A program made the position numbers and the translations under genes. The notes under the pieces were generated by a model. That model did no database searches, was not told the DNA's origin, and saw only the letters and a program-made list of their open reading frames with translations. A stretch of 63,156 nucleotides of DNA, the filler included, from Octopus bimaculoides (Eukaryota), in assembly GCF_001194135.2 (NCBI RefSeq). It is 5 parts of 5 records of this genome, joined end to end, with 100 filler letters (N's around TTAATTAATTAA, not from the genome) between each part and the next. Parts side by side here need not be neighbours in the genome. Positions count along the whole stretch, not along the records: positions 1 to 26,859 come from NC_069002.1; positions 26,960 to 37,326 come from NC_069000.1; positions 37,427 to 45,052 come from NW_026412372.1; 2 more parts are not named here. The stretch is one strand, 5' to 3'. Positions within the stretch are counted from its first letter, which is position 1, and the number at the start of each line of letters is the position of its first letter. Below are positions 25,901 through 38,155 of the stretch, piece by piece.

Positions 25901-26381
25901 CATACATACATGCATACATACATACGTGCATGCATACATGCATACATACATACATGCATACATGCATACATGCATACATACATACACACATAAATACATA
26001 CATAAATACATACATACATACATACATATGTATTATATGCATTATGTACACATGTACATTTATATAGATACATGTGAGTGTATGCATGTACACAAAATTT
26101 GTCAGGACGTATGCAGATCATTTTGTGGAAATTTTTTTTCCAAACTTTAATAACTGTGAATAGTTACGAGTTTATTGTTAAATACAAATGGTTTATTCTT
26201 GCTTTCAATGTTCTTTATTTACAGAAGCGAAAAGTGTGTTAAATGGAATTATCTTTGTGGTCCTCCCGGAAAAAAAACCTACCCTCCTTGTTGTTCTAAT
26301 TATTACTGTCGATGCAACAGTTTTTGGAAAACAACGTGCCGATGTCATGGATCGAGTTTAGGTTCTTTGCAAGGCTGTTAG
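22957..26381 (+). CDS. Secreted inhibitor-cystine-knot (agatoxin-like) peptide precursor, 3 coding exons, 90 aa
   Basis: Exons 22957-23017 (acceptor at 22940 implies a further 5'UTR exon; donor G|gtaggt), 23963-24017 (tttccag|...AG|gtaaaa) and 26225-26381 (tttacag|...TAG) total 273 nt, phases 1 and 2 match. Protein MKIILGVYFCALSYAMSLNK-DAATVDNSLQVANTGLEER-SEKCVKWNYLCGPPGKKTYPPCCSNYYCRCNSFWKTTCRCHGSSLGSLQGC. Framework C-x6-C-x10-CC-x4-C-x-C-x7-C-x-C-x10-C. Confidence 0.88.
24660..25540 (-). mobile_element. Helitron Rep/helicase fragment in intron of the knottin gene
   Basis: FKLCQVDEHARKLLYPQLPKYYTW..KWHKRKQ and LQNDGYWDLALTEASVSDS...CQLSSPLQLWMKHQEDMVED are typical Helitron RepHel linker motifs; the frame is broken. 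Confidence 0.8.
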
Positions 26382-26859
26382 TCATGAGGAACAAAAGAGA
26401 ATCGAACCCGTTTTGTTCTATTCCTGTTTCTTTTTTTATTTACTTGTCATCTTTATTTTCCTTTCTTGTGTCTTGAAGAAATATTCTCTAAAATGTCAAC
26501 TTTCGCTTAAATTACTTTGCTTTTATGTTTTGTTCCTCGTTTACGTCAGTGCTTCTCAATTGTGTGACCCCCCCCCCTACAAGGTTCTGGGTTGCATATG
26601 TTTACAATCAACAGGGATTTCATAAATCTGTCGTTTCAAACAATATACTGAACTAGTTTTCTGCCTTTCTTTGTTTTTCAAATACATTAAATGTTAACAT
26701 AGTCAAATACACATTACACTTTTTAATACACTGTGTGACAGATGCTGCATAATCTATTACAAATTAAATTGTTTAAATGTAGGAACAAAAAACAGAAATA
26801 TAGTGTAGCGGCTTCCAAAAAGGGATATTTTCATTTCGAATGGAAGAGAAGAAAAAATA

Positions 26860-26959
26860 NNNNNNNNNNNNNNNNNNNNNNNNNNNNNNNNNNNNNNNNN
26901 NNNTTAATTAATTAANNNNNNNNNNNNNNNNNNNNNNNNNNNNNNNNNNNNNNNNNNNN
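26860..26959. other. Assembly linker N44-TTAATTAATTAA-N44 (1 of 4)
   Basis: The identical 12-mer sits centred in a 100-bp spacer at 26904-26915, 37371-37382, 45097-45108 and 58267-58278; it is not biological sequence. Confidence 0.95.
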
Positions 26960-27228
26960 TTTATATTGAACACTCAATATTTCATCTACATTCAATACTT
27001 TATTTCATGGTGCCATCCATTTTTATTTTATTTTATTTTATTTTATATTGTATATTGTATATTATATTATATATTGTATATTCCATATTCTATACCCCAC
27101 ATGAGTTCTGCAGGAATATAAATAAAACATAAAAAACAGACAGTGTTGGAACTCTTTTAAACAAAATAATATATTCCTCTATACACAATCATACAAAAAA
27201 ACCCACCTTTTTTGTATTTATTTTTACT

Positions 27229-27267
<39 letters not shown>

Positions 27268-28908
27268 TTTTATTAAAGCTGTAATATTTTCGCAAAGCTA
27301 TTACTCAGAGCTTCACCACAGGGGTCTGACGAACGGGAGCCTGAAAGTCTGAATAACAGTTTTACGAAGATTTTGCAGCTTTAAAAAAGGCATATTATTC
27401 TACTTCAGTTATTCGAGTACTATTTTCCCCTTTGTTCCGCGTTTATATGCTTACTTGTGCATATAGATAGGTATGTGTGTGTTTGTAAACATGTGTGTAT
27501 GTGCAATAATCATGCACTTATGCTCCACACTTTGTAACTCCATATCACACCTCAAGTAATATAAAACAGTAATTTAGTGGAAGGACGCAGTTTTAAATTC
27601 GGAATTAATTAGAATTATGTCAATGTACATGAGGCCTTATGTAGAGTAGTATATATGAATCTCTTTTAAGAAAGGTGATATGCTTATATTATCTTTAATC
27701 CGGGATATATTGCTTCGTTTCGGCCTATAGGAGTATGCATCATTGCAGCACTTGGCTGTATTCATCATTAGTCGGTATAGTCCCGGGTTCCCAAGGTTGG
27801 CCAGTCGAGCGCAGTCATAGTCAGTGATCCTTTTCGCGAGATACCTTCTCATTTGCCGTGTCCATGTGGTATATGGTCGCCCAGCACGAACCATCAACCC
27901 AGCCGGTTCAGGAGTGAAGAGAACACGGTAAGCAGGGTTTAACTCAGAAATCCAGCAGCAGTCTGACCTGGCGCTCCTTAGTTCCTATATGGCTGGGGAT
28001 TTGACATTCTCCGGGTGTCATTTCCATTGTTGCAGTGTATACTCCGACTGTTATGAGCCATTTGCAGAATACATTTTCACTCATGTAAGATCATAAGTAA
28101 TATTCTCTGTGTTTCACATGTAACTCAAATTTATTTACAATATGACAACTCCATTTAAGTAAAATTATATAACTGGCTTTTTGATTAACCATCGGAAGCT
28201 CTTTGGCTGTTACTTGGATCACACTTATTCAACTTATTAAACATACCACAAATCTAATGAAACACTAAACAATAATCCATTCAGAGATATTCTAAGCACC
28301 TCATGTATATTAGTTTCTGCCAGCTCGCCGCCATATGTCAGTGAAATAATGAAATTTAGAGAGATCAGTTAAATATCGGTTATGATTCTACCAGCTGACA
28401 GAAAAACGAAAATAGAACCAATATTCACAATAAAAACCGAAAAAACATGAATCCCAACGTTGCTATTTACCGAAATAATTTAATCCACACCGGTTAAACA
28501 GAAAGATCATATCACTACTATAGTATGTGTACTGTGAGGCTGCTTAGTCTTAACTACAAATATCGATGACATTAATTTCAACTAGGTTATCTTACACTAC
28601 GGATAATTGCTAGGATTTTTTTTTCCAGTATGCATCTTAATATTACAATGGAAACTTGGTTAAAATTCAATTTAAAGATAAGACCTGTTATAAAAAAACA
28701 CTTGTTTCTCACAAGAAGAAAAAAAAAACAAAAACAGAAGAAACATATCCTGACATTGCTCCATAACATAGGTCCAAAGCTTAGTGAGTAGATTTGGTAG
28801 ACGGAAAGTGAAAGAAGCCCGCCCCATATAAATATATATGTATATATATGCGTGTGTGTGTATGTGTGTGTGTATGTGTGTGTGTGTGTATGTGTGTGTG
28901 TGTGTGTT

Positions 28909-28939
<31 letters not shown>

Positions 28940-29457
28940 TTGTGTGTGTGTGTATGTGTGTGTGTGTGTGTTTGTGTGTGAGTGTGAGTGTGAATACACA
29001 TTCATACACAAATCTTGTGTGATAGTGATGCCTAGAACACGTTAGATATTATGGGGCTACAGGACAACATTGATACAGCTTTTAAAACACCCCCACGAGT
29101 TCACTGTAAATTTAACATAATTAATGTAAACTGCACGCATTCTGAATTAATTAGTACCGTTGTCATTGAAAGTTGTCCTTTAAATAGGAAAATGTGGGTT
29201 AACCTTACTTCTCAATGGACGAACAGAAGCCTATTATACAATTGAATTTTAGTTTCGACAATCCTTTACTTCCGCAAAATTTAGACTACACAGTGCAAGA
29301 GGGTCTTTCATTTATTGACATCGTAGGGATGGCTTAAAGCGATCAAAGCTGATATTTTTTGCAGTGGATTTATTTGGTTTACATCAGGGATGAAGGTTGG
29401 CAGGTGCTTTGTATTTCGTATTGTTTTATAAAAAATAATTGGATAGATAACCACACT

Positions 29458-29517
<60 letters not shown>

Positions 29518-29893
29518 CACACATGTACATGTACACATAGGTACACACATTTTCATGCACACAAACACCTTCACATGTCGAGGGTAATGGGCATGTCAGT
29601 AACTGTGTGTTAGTAAAAATCTGCGTCTTTGCATGTTTGGGTAAGTGCATGAAAATGTCACCGCACGCTGTCACAATTCTAAATAACCAAGGGAAAATAA
29701 CGACTTCATTTAGACACATAGATAACCAAGCGTTGGCTCCCTATATGAAAGTGCAACAATATTCATTTTTCTCTGACTATATGATAAATCTCTTCTAACC
29801 TCATCACTTTTGTGCATTTTTATCACATTTTACTTTATCTCAGAAATATCTCAATTCATTATATTTGATAATATATTTTTTAAAGTTTGTCTG

Positions 29894-29937
<44 letters not shown>

Positions 29938-30722
29938 CTTATCTATCTATATGTCTGTCTGCCAGTCTACCTGTCTGTCTGTCTGACTATCGATATATTT
30001 ATATACATACATTTACATATATGTACATATATATATATATATTTATATATANNNNNNNNNNNNNNNNNNNNNNNNNNNNNNNNNNNNNNNNNNNNNNNNN
30101 NNNNNNNNNNNNNNNNNNNNNNNNNNNNNNNNNNNNNNNNNNNNNNNNNNNNNNNNNNNNNNNNNNNNNNNNNNNNNNNNNNNNNNNNNNNNNNNNNNNN
30201 NNNNNNNNNNNNNNNNNNNNNNNNNNNNNNNNNNNNNNNNNNNNNNNNNNNNNNNNNNNNNNNNNNNNNNNNNNNNNNNNNNNNNNNNNNNNNNNNNNNN
30301 NNNNNNNNNNNNNNNNNNNNNNNNNNNNNNNNNNNNNNNNNNNNNNNNNNNNNNNNNNNNNNNNNNNNNNNNNNNNNNNNNNNNNNNNNNNNNNNNNNNN
30401 NNNNNNNNNNNNNNNNNNNNNNNNNNNNNNNNNNNNNNNNNNNNNNNNNNNNNNNNNNNNNNNNNNNNNNNNNNNNNNNNNNNNNNNNNNNNNNNNNNNN
30501 NNNNNNNNNNNNNNNNNNNNNNNNNNNNNNNNNNNNNNNNNNNNNNNNNNNNNNNNNNNNNNNNNNNNNNNNNNNNNNNNNNNNNNNNNNNNNNNNNNNN
30601 NNNNNNNNNNNNNNNNNNNNNNNNNNNNNNNNNNNNNNNNNTCAAAGAAGGGAAAAACGGAGGAAGAAAAAATCGCCACCGATGTCCAAGCTTTCTTGCC
30701 ACACAGCCAGCAACTCCTGCAC

Positions 30723-30816
<94 letters not shown>

Positions 30817-33800
30817 ATCCTTCCCCCAAAAACGAAGAAAAGATAAGAAAAATAACAACGCCAGTACGTGGTACATGCAAAGTATATAGACGAATGGGTT
30901 TACTACAATCGTTCCGTTAAGAGTATTATTATGATGTAGGCATAGTACAGTTAGGTATGCAGTCTGCACAACGTCTAGAAGTTTATGTAATACGTTTGCA
31001 ATTCTCAACTCATCAGGCGAACCAAATAACCAAGCAGCAGTGACATTTTGAATAATCAACGTATCATCAAGAGAAATTTTGAATCAGAGTTCTCAACATA
31101 TAAGAAATGTAAATTTGGTGGGATTACAAACTGTTAAACAAGGGTGGTTAGTAGAATGAGATTGTTGAGGAACAGTTGCAGTGATTTTTTCTCTTAATAT
31201 GTCATTAACCCTAGCAACTATGTTCATAAAGGTTGGTAATGTCAGAGTATGTTTGTATACCGATAGGCAGTAGGCGCCAAACATGACATTCGACACTCGA
31301 CACTTGTTCACAGACCAGCTGGTGACACTGCTAAAAAGAAAAATATTTTCAGTGTTATTTAGTTTTAAATTTTACTACATTGTGGTGTGGCATGGCTAAT
31401 AAATTCCAGCGTTACCTACTCCTTTTCTTAATAAGTCTTCATAAAAATGCTCCGATTAATTCTTAAAGGAACTGATAGAATATTAGATATAACTACTGGA
31501 AATCTTGCCAATTATAACCAGGGAATGTAACTCAAGGAAAACCTCAGATTAAGAAATCCCTGTAAAAATTCAGAGAAGGAAAAAAAAAGTAGGATGCAGA
31601 GAAAAAGGAAAGAAATGATAAAAACAGAATAGGATAAATCAAATGCAGAGAATTGATCAACACGTTGACAGCAATACAGTAATTGGCATAAACAAATAAT
31701 TTTGCGTCCTAGACTAATGAAAGTTGTGTAAATAATAATCAGTGTCAACTTAGAGATATCATTTTATGAATTTACAAATTTATGTTGAGTTAAATATCGA
31801 AATTTACTGATATCAGTTATTTATCTGCGAGGTGAGAAGATAATAATAAAAAAAGTAAAAACATAGCCAAGTTTCACGCTAAAGAAAGAAAACAAAAACA
31901 AAATGAGAAAATTATAATCCTTGTACGTCAACCAACAGACATTGTGACAATATTATTTAGAATGAAATAAATCAGTTAAAATCATACTGATTCAGTGGAC
32001 AGCTAAAACACTACCATAAAAATTAAAAGTTCTGGCGAGTAATAAGTGAGAAGAGTTTATAAGGATTATAAAAATATTACTAAGGTCATTAATGTTAAAA
32101 GAATCTGTAGGATTATAACGAATTATAAAGGAACTAGATATGAAGATACAAATATTATGAACATATCACTTAAAACTAGAAGCAAACTGAAAAAAGTTAT
32201 TAAGTTAAATCACATCAAGTATAGATCACGTAAAATTACAGTCATCGATATTTGTAGTTAAGACGAAACAACCCCGCTCTCCGCATAATTTTTAATTACT
32301 ATAGTAGTGATATGATCTTTCTGCTTAATCCGTATGGTTCAAACTTACCAGTAATAGAAACGTTGGGATTCATGTTTTCTTCGGTTTATATTGGAAATAT
32401 TGGTTCTGTTTCCTCTTCTTTGTCAGCTATCAAATTCTTAAGAAATATATAACTGACCTCTCTCAATTTCAGTAATGACATATGGCGATTAGCTGTCGTA
32501 GACGATGGCACACCGGGCAAAATGATTAGCAGTATTTCGTCCCTCATCACAGTTTATATTAAAAGATCCACCAAAGTCGACTTTGTCTTTTATCCTTTTT
32601 GGGGTCGATTAAATGTACCAGTTGAACCCTAGGGGTCTATGTGATCTACTTAGCTCCGCTCCCGAAGTCGCTGGCCTTGCGCCAAAATTTGTAGCCAGCA
32701 TTTAACTGATATATATTATCTTTTATGTTGTCACTGTCTATAGCTTAAACTACTGACATTAATCTAATATTCACATTTAATTGTTCGTCTATACCAAGGC
32801 TGTCTTCACCTCAACTGTGTTGCAAACTTTGTATATTAGATTCATCCTATTCTCTTTCTATTTAAGTTTTTATAGGTTACGCTTACTGGCAATTTAATTA
32901 TGGTAATCTCTCTATTTTAATTTTCTTTCCCTTTCTTTTCACATTTCCTCCTTTTTCTTTCGCTCTTCTCTGAAATTTCGTAGAGATCAACGTCATTCTC
33001 CCTGTTTTTGCCCTAAGTTATTTTTCAAGAAAAGTAATTAGCTGGATCTTTCTTAATTAAAGATAATATTCTATTAGTGCTGCAATAATTAATCGGAACA
33101 CTCTCACCAAGAGGAATCAAGTAAACCATGTCAAAACTTTGATAGACTAAACATTATAAAACACTAAGCTCTTTTAGAACAACGTCGGCAGAGATCTTCC
33201 ATAAGGTCGTGATGAGGTCAAATGTCATGCTTGGCCCCTGCTATCTACTAATATATAAGTCTGTTGTGAAAGTTTCAAATTTTATGGGCGATGTCTTTAA
33301 GTTTAATGACATCTTTAGTATAGAAATACTTTTTAACTGTTCTATAATTGACCACCTCATTTTACAATGCACCCTCGTGATTGACTGATTGTAGTCTTAC
33401 TGTATGTTTCATAAATATTGGTGATTCTGATTCAAAATTTCATTCGTTCCTTCATCAGCATCTCACTGCGAGCTTGTATATTTGCAAAGCCTCGACGAGT
33501 TGAGAACTGCGTAACCTATTGCATAATCTAATGGATGTTGTGCTTACTACATACCTGACTACACAACGTTTACACCACAATAAAAACTCATACTGAAACA
33601 ATTGTCGTAGTAACAGAAAATCCTTTCAGCTCTTTTTATTATGTTTTACGCCACACTTAAGATTCCGTTTATGTTGGGATAACATTGGAGTTGCAAATTA
33701 CTAAAGAACCCGCCCCTCTAAACATTTCATACAATGATACTGGATTACTTATTTAACGGTTTAATTTGCTGTAAATAAAAGGATAGAAGGCAAAGTCACC

Positions 33801-33900
33801 TTCGGTGGATGTAGAAATTAGAATGGAACGCCGGAAGAAATACCACAAAGCACTTCGGCGCGCACGGTAACGATTCTAATTCCTTGCCGTTTTTATAATG

Positions 33901-33992
<92 letters not shown>

Positions 33993-33993
33993 T

Positions 33994-34069
<76 letters not shown>

Positions 34070-34692
34070 GGCGACGGAGTGGCTGTGTGGTAAGTAGCTT
34101 GCTTACCNNNNNNNNNNNNNNNNNNNNNNNNNNNNNNNNNNNNNNNNNNNNNNNNNNNNNNNNNNNNNNNNNNNNNNNNNNNNNNNNNNNNNNNNNNNNN
34201 NNNNNNNNNNNNNNNNNNNNNNNNNNNNNNNNNNNNNNNNNNNNNNNNNNNNNNNNNNNNNNNNNNNNNNNNNNNNNNNNNNNNNNNNNNNNNNNNNNNN
34301 NNNNNNNNNNNNNNNNNNNNNNNNNNNNNNNNNNNNNNNNNNNNNNNNNNNNNNNNNNNNNNNNNNNNNNNNNNNNNNNNNNNNNNNNNNNNNNNNNNNN
34401 NNNNNNNNNNNNNNNNNNNNNNNNNNNNNNNNNNNNNNNNNNNNNNNNNNNNNNNNNNNNNNNNNNNNNNNNNNNNNNNNNNNNNNNNNNNNNNNNNNNN
34501 NNNNNNNNNNNNNNNNNNNNNNNNNNNNNNNNNNNNNNNNNNNNNNNNNNNNNNNNNNNNNNNNNNNNNNNNNNNNNNNNNNNNNNNNNNNNNNNNNNNN
34601 NNNNNNNNNNNNNNNNNNNNNNNNNNNNNNNNNNNNNNNNNNNNNNNNNNNNNNNNNNNNNNNNNNNNNNNNNNNNNNNNGTTTTTATAATG

Positions 34693-34736
<44 letters not shown>

Positions 34737-35399
34737 TATGTTTGATGCAGTAAGTACTAGGCAGTGGCTTTCATTTAATCTTAACTGATTGCATGTGTTA
34801 TCAAGTACACTGTTTTGTTTTGGTATAAAAGGTGGGCTACAGCAAATATTCGGGTCCATACCACAGATTTGCTACTCAGTTACTTGACCATAAGCAGCTG
34901 AGCATGTTCTTTAGTGGCTGATGACATGTGCGTCTCTGATCATGAGCAGAAGTAGTGGGTGAGGGGTATCATAGCCATGTATTGAGAGGAATTCTTTGGG
35001 ATTTGAATAATTCACCTCTGGAAACACGGGTGTTTTGTTCATCATACTTAAACAAGCCTTATTCAGTGACCTATTGAGCAGGATGGGCTACTCAACCTGA
35101 AGAAATTTCTAACTGTGCCCCATCCGCAAGGTCATGCGTAGTTTACCTTGATATAAGATCCCCATGTCGCGTAGATATGGTTGTGATGCTTGTGCCTAGT
35201 GTACCCTTATCAGACGGGTAGTTATGATGGGTATATTTGGTTTCGTATATTTTACCCCAGTGTCACTTTGATGCCGTGCGCGCTCTCTCACTCAATAATA
35301 ATAATAATAATAATAATGACAATAATAATATTTTTTTTATTTATTTTATTTTCATGTATCTTTTTTTAACCACTAATCTTCATACGGGGGCCGCATTTA

Positions 35400-35622
35400 T
35401 CATCATTAGCAGCAGCACCAATAGTTGTAGTGGCAGCAGCAATATCACTATCAGCAGCAGTAGCGGCAGTGGTAGTAGTAGTAGTAGTAGTGGCACCAGC
35501 AGCAGTAGTAACAATAACAGCAGCAGTGGTAGTAATAGCAGTAGTAGTTACGGCTGCAGCAGTGGTAGCAGCAGCAGCGGCAACAGCAGCAGCAGCAGTG
35601 GTAGCAGCAGCAGCAGCGGCAA

Positions 35623-35690
<68 letters not shown>
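35400..35690. repeat. Compound (AGC)n/(AGT)n trinucleotide microsatellite
   Basis: Direct inspection. One of many SSRs in the window, including (GT)n, (TA)n, (TACA)n, (TTC)n, (AAT)n and (GA)n; most large N gaps are flanked by them. Confidence 0.95.
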
Positions 35691-36419
35691 AGTGCGGCTC
35701 GTATTTCTTTTTTTCTTTTTATGGAGTAGGATGGGATGGGATCGGTCAAAAAGAGTTCAAATGTCTACTACTACTAGCAGCGAACAACAGCAACAGTGAC
35801 CTCGACCTTAAGAAAAATTAAGGAAGGGCCGACTTACTCTGTTCTGTATTATTTTTGAATAGAGAAGTTTTGTTCGACCAGAGAGAATCTATTATTAATC
35901 ACTATTATTATTTTCCCACGTGCATATCTGTTATTGCATATTTCGGGTAGTCAGGGAGAAAATAAAGGTAATATTGTAGAAATTAAAGTTGACTTTTGTA
36001 GAGATGTTCTTTTGTATGTCCAGTTAGAGAAAACAGTTGTGTTTTTGCAATAAAAAAAAGATGCTTACAATTTTGAAAACTCGGGGAGAAAGGAAAGAAA
36101 AGACAAGAAGAGTCAAATTTTCACATAAAGTTTTAAGATTCACCTAAGATCTTTTGTATGTCCACACAGAGAAAACTAATGTTTTTAGAATAAAAAAAAG
36201 GGATGTTTACTTTTTCGGATACTCAGGAAGAGACGACAGGATGAGTATTCACAACAGTTGTGAATATCAAAGTTTGTGCGTTTGAAAACTGTAGATATGT
36301 AAATTTGTAAATTTCTTAACTTATTTTGAAGGGAATTTTAAATCCTCACAGGATATTGTATATATTCCAGTCTTTCAGAGTTATTATTTCTTTTTTTCTT
36401 TTTCGCCGTTCTCCTGTTG

Positions 36420-36700
36420 GGTCATATTAGTGTTTCTATGTCTCTGTGAAGACCTACCAAAAACTGAGCAAGTCTATAGATCTTGAAATAGAAATTAGCA
36501 AAATATGGAACCTGAAGACTGAAGCAATACCTGTTGTCGTAGGTGACCTAGGAATGATAGCAAAAGGGGATGATTGCTACCTAGCTCAGATATCAAGAAA
36601 CTCCAAAATTGCAGAAATTGAAATGATAGTGCTCAGGGGAACTGGATATATCCTACGTCAAATACTGTTTATGTAATCTCAATATTTTAAAACAAACTCA
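36420..36700 (+). mobile_element. C-terminus of a restriction-endonuclease-type (R2/R4/NeSL-like) non-LTR retrotransposon
   Basis: KSIDLEIEISKIWNLKTEAIPVVVGDLGMI...IVLRGTGYILRQIL, the characteristic RLE-domain end. Confidence 0.8.
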
Positions 36701-37091
36701 TAATTTTCTTATGTTTTCTTAAACATTCTCTAGAACAACATTATGTACAAAACCAAATATATGGCACCCTAGGCATAACACCAACTTCTAACTTGTCTTT
36801 TGAGCCAACTTGTACAAATGCAAAGCAAAAGCCAAACATATAATAATAATAAACAAATAGGGGCTGCAATATGGAACAAATAGGAGCTGCAATAAGGGTG
36901 GAACACTTGTACATGGAACAAATAGGGGTTGTAATAAGGGTGGAGCACTTGTAGAAAACAGCACTGCTTGGAACTTCTCGAATACTCCAGGAGGTGCTCG
37001 AAAACTAAGGGGTGTTACCTTAGTTCACTGGTAGTGAACAGCTGACACGGTAGTATATCTCCAGCTTTAGAAGCTGTACAAAAGCAATAGC

Positions 37092-37164
<73 letters not shown>

Positions 37165-37426
37165 GGGAAGTTTAACATGTGAGTACGATAAATCACTGCT
37201 CCGAAACTTATCCAAAAACATCGGAAATAAAGACATCGCATGGAGCCCAAATATAGCTGACAAAGGGTTGGACTATACCCGAGTAAGTAATACTCATTGA
37301 AATTTATTCCTATTTTTCCAAATATANNNNNNNNNNNNNNNNNNNNNNNNNNNNNNNNNNNNNNNNNNNNTTAATTAATTAANNNNNNNNNNNNNNNNNN
37401 NNNNNNNNNNNNNNNNNNNNNNNNNN

Positions 37427-37463
<37 letters not shown>

Positions 37464-37639
37464 GTGATAAGTGACAGATTTTTTCATGTGTTCCATATCG
37501 CCATATGGTATATTTTATGTATATATTGTATATCAACTTTTTATTTATTTATTTATTCATTTTATTTTTTTTTATCCAGCTTAATGCTGGGTTTTTTTTT
37601 GCGCGGGGACATAGAAATAATCAGACTGAATACCCGATC

Positions 37640-38155
37640 GTGCGGTTAAACATTGGGAGTGAAGGACCCCTAGCCCTTGTTAGGGCATCCTTCTAGGAGA
37701 AGGCAACTCAGGCAACTGGGATAACTCCGACATAAAACCTGCGGCTCAGTGGTTACCGATGATGTTGAATTGTTCTTCTTTCGGGTTATGGCTACTGTTG
37801 CTTAGTGAGTGGGATTGACTCAGTGCACAGCCTTTCCTCACTTAAAAAAAAAACTTCTTGCACAGGCACTGCACGATAACAACACGGATTGATTGATTAA
37901 TCAATTAACTAATTGATGATTATTGATAGTGCTGTGAGTCTCAACCGAATGGCTGGCTGTAGCCTTAAAAAGCAAACAGTCAATGATGTACCAAAACAGT
38001 AAAATTGCCAGTAAAGGTTTTGGATGCCAACTCTGTGCAAGACATTGTAGATCTTTGGCTGGGCTAAAAAGTCACATTCGATCACAGCACCGTTCAGTTA
38101 AGCTTCGTGCAATGGCCATACTCGATAACGAGGGAGCAGCCATCATGTATGTATG
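37640..38155 (+). mobile_element. Short RTE-related element (5'UTR-like part plus 3' zinc-finger end and TATG tail)
   Basis: GGAGAAGGCAACTC..ACATAAAACC 5' motif; 3' GCQLCARHCRSLAGLKSHIRSQH followed by (TATG)n, which resumes at 39116. Confidence 0.65.

Noticed and set aside
26175-26224. Apparent signal-like N-terminus MLNTNGLFLLSMFFIY of ORF 26175-26381
   Set aside because: Starts at TTG and is the intron pyrimidine tract; the real signal peptide is encoded at 22957-23017.
29607-29645. Signal-peptide-like VKICVFACLG followed by a gtaagt donor, a possible knottin paralog
   Set aside because: No in-frame ATG or upstream acceptor, and no Cys-rich exon found downstream.
35237-35821. Long Ser-rich, Thr/Ala-rich and Val/Ala-rich ORFs in three frames
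   Set aside because: By-products of a compound AGC/AGT microsatellite that lacks stop codons; no splice or domain support.
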